Of a stretch of DNA of 64,000 bases, positions 53,001 through 62,000 are shown piece after piece. The notes beneath the pieces were generated by a model that worked only from the letters and a program-made list of their open reading frames with translations, did not search any database and was not told where the DNA came from. Position 1 is the first letter of the stretch. Each line of letters starts with the position of its first letter. This stretch comes from Mytilus edulis (lineage: Eukaryota): positions 7,378,001-7,442,000 of the forward strand of contig NC_092357.1 in NCBI RefSeq assembly GCF_963676685.1, written 5' to 3'. The position numbers and the translations under genes are program-made.

Positions 53001-56000
53001 AATTAAATTCAAATATAATATATTTAGGTTAAACAATGCCTATATATACTGTTTAAAGATGTCAATCTTATTTACAAAGCTTGTATTAACAATTATACAA
53101 ACATAGCAAGCAAGCCAAACAAAGTTTTACTTTGCAAGCATTAGGAAATCAGCTGTAAATAGAAATTGAAAAGTATCTTTATTGCATTCAAGCATGGTTG
53201 TCAGTCAAAATTTCGATGATTTGAATTTTTAGATAATTGTCTATATGGTGATAAAAAGGGGGCAATCTACAGCGACGGAAGAACATGTGTAGATTTGGTT
53301 ACTGAAAATAAAGCTTTTTATTGTCAATATGTTGGTGAATCTTGTTGTTATTCCTGCTCCGACTCAACAACAACGTCAACAACAACGACAACTACCACCA
53401 CTACCCTCGGACCAACTACGTCTTCAACAACCACAACCCCCGGACCAACAATGTCAACAACTACCACTACCCCTGGACCAACTACCACTGCATTATCAAC
53501 CACGACAACGCAAAGCCAGGTCAATGATGCCGATCAGCAGTGTGTACAACATCGTGGTACAGGGTCAAATATGTGTAGGGTGAGTCTATATTGTAAATAA
53601 GTTTATAAATATATAAACGCGATTTTGTATTTGTAGCAGTAAGCTTTTTTAGTTATATTTCTAATTATATATGTTTCTCTTATCTTTCTTGAATGTTTGT
53701 CTCGTGTACACCTACCACATGAACATTGTTCGTTGCATCGGGAGGAAAACATTATATATTACATTACATTTTATTAAAACTTTCTATTTTTGAGTCTGCG
53801 CAGTAATCCTTTCATGTGTCCGTTTTTTCTCGAGATTTTGTCATAAATCATCAGAAGGGAGCATACGATTTCCGGCAAAATCATATATTGTGAAGAATAA
53901 AAGCAATAGTAAATGTAGCAATCCGCACTTTTGTCCTCTTTTATACATAATGGACTATAGAGTATCGTAGACTTAAAGGTTAAAACCCAAATAAGAAAAT
54001 ATCCATTCGAAACTATGCTCTTCTCCAAGACACACGTCGCTGCAGTTAAAGGCTTAATCTGGGACATTTGAACAACGACATTTTCTGAATATCTGTATTT
54101 GGGTGAAGCAAAAATGTCAACGTTTTTATCTTGTAGAATTTTAAAATGACGGCAAGACATTGCGATTGATTTTGGATATCTGTGTTATGGAATTGATTTT
54201 ATATCATTAAGTCTTAGTTGAACATATAATTTAGATTTGACTACACGTTCAAAATGATAGAACCCATCTTCCAGCTATAATTGAGTTGGTTAAAATACAC
54301 AATTCAAAACTCGATTACATTTAAGACCTTAATATTAGCAAGAATTGCTCTGTATTGTATGAACTCATTATATACCAGGCTAATTATTTTGTACGACAGA
54401 GGCGCGTTCCGTCTAAATACCTCTCATCAGTGGCGCTCGAACAAAAATAGTTGGAAGAGTAAATAAAATACAAAGTTGAAGACAAGTAACAACCGACAAC
54501 TACGAAATGTTGTACCATGTACCACCAAACACAGCCTGGTGGTAGAAAAACCTAAGTGTTTCGAATGTTCTGTGTATGATAATTATTTTTATTTCAGTTT
54601 TTTTACAACGGAGATTATTCTTCAATATGTACAACTCTTTATTGTGCTGAACCAAATACAAATACGTGTTACCAATATAGTGGTACTGACTACACACTCT
54701 GTGGAAATCAAAAGGTTTGTCATTATGATCATATCTTAGCACGTTATAGGCAAAAAGGTTTGTCATTATGATCATATCTTAGCACGTTATAGGCAAAAAG
54801 GTTTGTCATTATCATCATATCTTAGCACGTTATAGGCAAAAAGGTTTGTCATTATGATCATATCTTAGCACGTTATAGGCAAAAAGGTTTGTCATTATGA
54901 TCATATCTTAGCACGTTATAGGCAAAAAGGTTTGTCATTATGATCATATCTTAGCACGTTATAGGCAAAAAGGTTTGTCATTATCATCATATCTTAGCAC
55001 GTTATAGGCAAACAGTTTTGTCATTATCATCATATCTTAGCACGTTATAGGCAAACAGTTTTGTCATTATCATCATATCTTAGCACGTTATAGGCGCAAA
55101 TGGCAAGTAGGTAGCTTTTCAATTGTCTCTCTTCTTTGAACTATTGCAAAAAAATAAATTAAACATTTAAATAATCAGTTACATATGTTAGCACATGAAT
55201 ACCAATTGCAAAAAGACCACGAGTTCAGTGCAAAATTCCATCTGCAACATTAAAAGATATAACATTACCGTAGAGATGTGCCAACAGTAGTTAATCGATG
55301 TTCAGAATGCGTAAATCCATACACAAACAAGAGGGGTAACTGAGTGTAACATGTTTCGTGGATAGGGAAAGCGTCTCCTACTATGTACAAATCACATGTG
55401 AATTAACTTCAGACGCAATCGAAATTATCAAGATAGGGAATAGTAACAAAAGCACAGCACAATATGGTAGTGTATGCATCATTATCTTTTTGAAAAATAA
55501 TTCAATTAAACAAATAACAATATTCTAATTCTATTTTGCCCACAAAATAAGAACAAAAGTTCATTTACATCTGTGGAAAGCTCAGTAAATCTTTCAGCGG
55601 TATATTATATGTGATTTATTGGGAAATTAACTTTTGGCCTCAGGTCATTGTCAATAAAAATGAAAATTGTTTACTGAACTTAGGGCTTAGGAATAAAGTT
55701 GTCCTAGGATAATAGCTCAGATGTATTTATTGCATTATGACGATTAGATTTCAACTACACTTAAAACGTAGTTTTCGAATACATTCACATGCAATTTTAC
55801 ACATTTGTTAGAAGGCACGGTTTATGATCCAAAATCTACCAATTAAGACAGTGATAATTCTTTTTAATGTGATCTGAATTAAAAAAAAAAAAAAATAATT
55901 TTGGATTTGACTGTATCTAATAAAACTTTTAATCAATATCCTAAACATCATTATTCATTTTAAGTATTTCATTACAGTGGTGTATATCTGGAGTGTGCAC

Positions 56001-59000
56001 GTCTGATTCAAGTGCCCCTGTTGGAGACGGTAAGTGCAGACTATTTTTTGTTGTATTGAATAAATAGACGACGGTTATGATGATTCATCGGTTTGAAGGT
56101 CCAGTGGCTAATATTTGATATATCTAAGGACGAAAACATGATTGTGTTAACTTCAAACCATGGTAGATATTGATCCAAGATTTACAATTGTTGAAGTTGA
56201 AATCATCCCTTAGAATATTTTGTGGACGCCATCACGAGTTGGCTGGCTGTTATGGAATATCTGTTGTACGGTAAACTACATATATTTTCCGATTGTCGTA
56301 ATCACTAAACCGTCCTCGAATGAGACCGACCAAATTTGTCTTTTCACCGCGTTTGTACTTGCATGAGCAACACAAAGGGTGCAACATGTGAATCAGGATC
56401 TGCTTTACCTTCGGCTTCCGAAGCAGCTGACACAACTCCTGGTTTTGTTGGGGTTCTTGTTGTTCAGACTTTGGTTTTCTAAGTTTCAGTTTTGTGTACT
56501 ATTGTTTATCTTTTCGTCGCTTTTTGCCATGGCATTGTAAGTTTGTTTTCGATTTATTAGTTTGAATATTCCTTTTGTATCTTTCGCCTCACTTTTGTAC
56601 TAGACCTACACACTGAGCAGAATTTTGTCGTATTTGTTCACAAGGCTTCATCGGGAAGACATGTCTCTCTACCTGAGCCCAGTATTTTGACTCTGTTTAA
56701 GCCTTTCATGTTTTTGCCTCTCTCATATTGTTTATTTTAGAATTTTCTACTCTTTATTCTCCTAGCGTATCTCATATAAGATGTCTTGCTGCTGGAAAAT
56801 AATCCAAAGATATCAGAAATCGGTATCATATATAATTTTATCATGCTTTTGTTTATATTTTCTTGTTTTGAAAAAGAAGTCAAAATCTTTAATTTCCTTG
56901 CCATTATCATCGCATTCGGTAAATATTATTGAAAATATTTAACATGAAATGTAACTGTAGTTCTCACATATTGATAGAAGTAAAGTTTGCATAGTGCTTT
57001 CTTGCAACGTGATTGTTCTTTATCATTTCTATCAGATATTTCTTTTGCAATTTTAGAGACCTGTCTCTATGGAGATCGCAAAGGTGCAGTTTTTAACAAT
57101 GGTTGGACTTGTGAAGATATGGTCAGGGAAGCACCCAATAATTGTGCAAGTGTACCGATTCAATGCTGTGCCTCGTGTGCACCTACAACAACAACATCAA
57201 CAACTACTCCTACTACTACAACAACATTAGTAACAACTACAACAGCTCAGCTTACAACAACTGAAGAAACAACAACCACAGTTCAACCTACAACCACTGA
57301 AGAAACGTCAACAACAGTTCAGCCAACAACAACTGAAGTTATAACAACTACAGTTCAACCTACAACAACTGAAGAAACGACTACAACCGTTCAACCTACA
57401 ACAACTGAAGAAACAACAACTACAGTTCAACCTACAACAACTGAAGAAACAACTACAACCGTTCAGCAAACAACATCTGAAGAAACGACGACAACCGTTC
57501 AACCAACAACAACTGAAGAAATAACAACTACAGTTCAACCTACAACAACTGAAGAAACAACTACAACAGTTCAACCAACAACAACTGAGGAAATAACAAC
57601 TACAGCTCAACCTACAACAACTGAAGAAACGACTACAACCGTTCAACCTACAACTGAAAAAACGACGACAACTGTTCAACCAACAACAACTGAAAAAATA
57701 ACAACTACAGTTCAACCCACAACAACTGAAGAATCAACTACAACAGTTCAGCATACAACAACTGAAGATACAACAACCACATATCAACCTACAACAACGG
57801 AAGAAACAACTACAACCGTTCCCCAAACACCATCTGAAATAACGACGACAACCGTTCAGCCAACAACAACTGAAGAAACGACTACAACCGTTCAGCCAAA
57901 AACAACTGAAGAAATTACCACTACAGTTCAACCTACAACACATAAAGAAACGACTACAACCGTTCATCCAACAACAACTGAAGAAACTACAACTACAGTA
58001 AATCATACATCAACACAACAAACGACGACAACCGTTCAACCAACAACAACTACAATTCAACTTACAACAACTGTAGAAACAACTTCAACAGTTCCGCTAA
58101 CAACAACAGTTCAACCTACAACTACTGAAGAAATAACATCTACAGTTCAACCTACATCAACACAACAAACGACTACAACCGTTCAGCCAACAACAACTGA
58201 TGAAACGACTACAACCGTTCTGTCTGCAACAACTGAACAAACGACAACCACAGTTCAACCTTCAATAACTGAAGAAACAACTACAACCGTTCAGCCAACA
58301 ACAACTGATAAAGCGACTACAACAGTTCAGCCCACAACAACGGAAGAAATAACAACTACTTTTCAACCTACAATAACTGAAGAAACGACTACAACTGTTC
58401 AACCTACAACAACTGAAAAAACAACAACTACAGTTCAGCCGACAACAACTGAAGAAATAACAACTACTTTTCAATTTACAACAACTGAGGAAACGACTAC
58501 AACCGTTCAGCCTACAACAACTGAAAATACAACTACAACCGTTCAGTCAACAACAACTGAAGAAATAACAACTACTTTTCAATTGACAACAACTGAAGAA
58601 ACGACTACTACAGTTCAACCTTCAACAACCGAAGAAACAACTACAACTGTTCAGCCAACAACAACTGAAGAAATTACCACTACAGTTCAGTCAACAACAA
58701 CTGAACAAACAACAACTACAGTTAATCCCACAACAACAGAAGACACAATTACAGTTCAGCCATCAACATCTGTAGAAACTTCAACGACAGTTCAACCTAC
58801 AACAATTAAACAAACGACTACAACCGTTCAGCCAACGACAACTGAACAAACGACTATAACAGTTCAACCAACAACAACTAAAGAAACGACTACCACCGTT
58901 CAGCCAATAATAACTGACGAAACTACAACTACAGTCATTCCTACATCAACAGAACAAACGACAACAACAGTTCAGCCTACTACAACTGACAAAACGACAA

Positions 59001-62000
59001 CAGTTCAGCCTACTACAACTGAAAAAACGACAACAGTTCAGGCGTCAACTACTAAACAAACGACAACAGTGCAGCCAACAACAACTGAACAAACGACAAC
59101 TTCAGTTCAGCCTACAACAACTGAACAAACGACAACAGTTCAGCCTACAACAACTGAACAAACGACAACAGTTCAGCCAACAACAACTGAACAAACGACA
59201 ACTGCAGTTCAGTCTACAACATCTAAACAAACTACATCAGTTCAGCCAGAAACAACAGAAAAAACGACAACAACAGTTGCGCTTTCGACAACAGAACAAA
59301 CGACAACAACTGTTCAGCCTACTACAACTGAATATACGACTACAGTTCAGGCGTCAAATACTGAAAAATTGACAACAGTTCAGCCTACAACAACTGAAGA
59401 AACTACCACCACAGATCAACCTACAACAACTGAAGAAACTACTACTACAGTTAAGCCTACTACAACTGACGAAACTACCACTACACTTCAGCAAACAACA
59501 ACTGAACAAACAACAACAGTTCAACCAACAACCACTGGAGAAAGTACCACTACCGTTCAGCCTACAACAACGACAACAACGCTCACAACAACAACTAAGC
59601 CCACAACGACAACTAAGCCCACAACTACAACATCTCAACCTTGTAAGTATAAAAATGTAAAGATGAGTGTTAAAGATAGATGTCGAAGAAAATAATTAGT
59701 TTCATGGACAATTTCACTTAAGTATATTTTTTAAAAGAATGTCAACATTTCCTTTTAAGAAACAGTATTTCTTCTGACTCCTTATCGATTAAAGTGTAGA
59801 TAATTAGATTTATATATCCATTGATTGATCGATATATTGATTGATTGATTGACTGGAACTTGTTTTTAGGTCAAACCTCCAAAGTATGACTGAAAGTTCA
59901 AAAATATTTTGTTGCATTTCTTATTACAATTTTAAGACAAAACAAAAATGCGATATTGCTTATTGCAATTTTAAGAAATGCTAAATAATGCTATGAAAAT
60001 TTAAATGCGAGTTTAAATGTGTGCGAAACCTATATCATCATAAATGTTAATAAATAAAAACATTTTTTCTGTTCATTAGAGAATTTACAAAACGAATGTA
60101 TTATTCAAAGAAGTCAGAAGAAGATAAATTTTTAGTTAATGTTAAGAAACATTTATTAGATTGATGTTTTATTTATTAATATAATAGAATTGAAACTTAT
60201 ATGTATTCTTCACAAGGAGCTTGGACTTATTGAAGACAATGTAACAAGCAACTGATGGAAATAAACGAATTTTAAAAATAAAAAAAAAGTAAATAAAAAC
60301 ATCGTAAAAATTTCTTAGCTAACAGTATTCAATTGCATTACAGTCCTGTTTTATTTATTAACTGATAATTGGCAAGATGTATCATCATATATGGTCTCTC
60401 TTTTAGCTGTCACCATCGAGTATAGATACAGATGCAGACTTCGGATTAGGATTACAGTTACAATCAGTCTTACCGATACAACTACTCAAGGATATCGACG
60501 TCTTTTCAACCAGGTTCTAATAGCGGTAAGAAATTTAAGATATAAATTCTAAACATACTCACAAGTCGAAATTAAACTGCCAAAGCCATGGCAAATCACT
60601 ATATCTTCTTTTCTTATATATAACTTGCTACCAATTTCCTGGGTAAAATTGGTGTCGTTTCAACCATTTGATTCACAGAATGTTGAGTTTTACGTATTAT
60701 ACGATTATACGAATCCGGCATTGAACGTAAACCTATCTTCCTTTTTTTTCAACTATTGTATTTAATGTGTTGGTAGAGAACTATTTTAACATATTCTAAT
60801 ATGTAGTCATAAAGATAACCTTTTTCATTATCTTAACATTTATCCTTTATATTTTTATAGTTAACGAACTATTATAGACGATCTAGATCATGTAGACGTT
60901 CCTTTAGGAGAATAGTTCTTATTTCAATAAGGTAAGAATATATTACATTAGATTGACGTATGCCTAGTTTTCAGGTAAGAATATATTACATTAGATTGAC
61001 GTATAACTAGTTCTAAGGTAAGAATATATTACATTAGATTGACGTATGCCTAGTTCTAAGGTAAGAATATATTACATTAGATTGACGTATGCCTAGTTCT
61101 AAGGTAAGAATATATTACATTAGATTGACGTATGCATATCAATCTAGTTTAGCAACGTTTTCAAGTAAAATATTTCAATACTTATACGTACTTACACTTC
61201 CAATGAAACTCTAGGAGTCGGGCATGACTGCGTATTCAGACAGATCAGTAAGGGGTTCTAGCGGTTATTTAAAATTTCAAAACAGTCAAATGGAGAGACC
61301 TCACGAATAGAAATTGTAAGGATGTTGAGCTTCAAGCATCATGACAGTGATGAATTGTAACGTGTGAGCAACTTCCGGATTTGTCAGTCATTCACTTCAT
61401 GTATGCCGATACTATAATTGTTTCAAATTTTTGAATAAAACAAATGCTTTGTTTACATTTCGTCAGAAAAAAACTAATGTGAATGTATTTAATGGTTTCT
61501 GATGAAATACAAAAAAAAAACATTTTTGTTTTGTTCAACATTTTAAAAATGAAATTCGACAAATAAATTCACATTGTGCCCGATGATTGGTATTGATGAG
61601 TTGTAACAAATTGACGCAATTCAGATTCGTTAAACTGTTCCTGTTACTTTGAATAGGGATTAATGTTATGATTAAAACGACAACGCATGCATCATCGTGT
61701 TTGTTCTTATGATATTTCTATTATTGTTTTCACTTTTTATGATACATTCTAAAATATCTATTTGTTCATTATTTTGTTAGAGCTGGTAGCTTGATACCAG
61801 AGTACGAGGTTTATCTAGATGAACCTTCTCCTGGTGACGTCATTGCGGCTGGTTACGACTTAACCACTGGAAATGGAAACTTAACAATAGGAAATGAAAC
61901 AGTTGAGGCAGAGACATCGTCTGTTACCTTAGATAACCAAACAGGTGAAATTGTCATTTTGATAAGAATACACGTAATCGCTATGTATTCCATTCCGGAT

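Noticed and set aside
54709-55095. CRISPR-like regular array (also 60929-61135 and 7270-7700)
   Set aside because: Units are head-to-tail with no unique spacers, the context is eukaryotic, and there are no cas genes.
57308-59638. Cys-rich minus-strand ORFs resembling metallothionein or keratin-associated proteins
   Set aside because: They are antisense shadows of ACA-rich Thr codons in the mucin exon.
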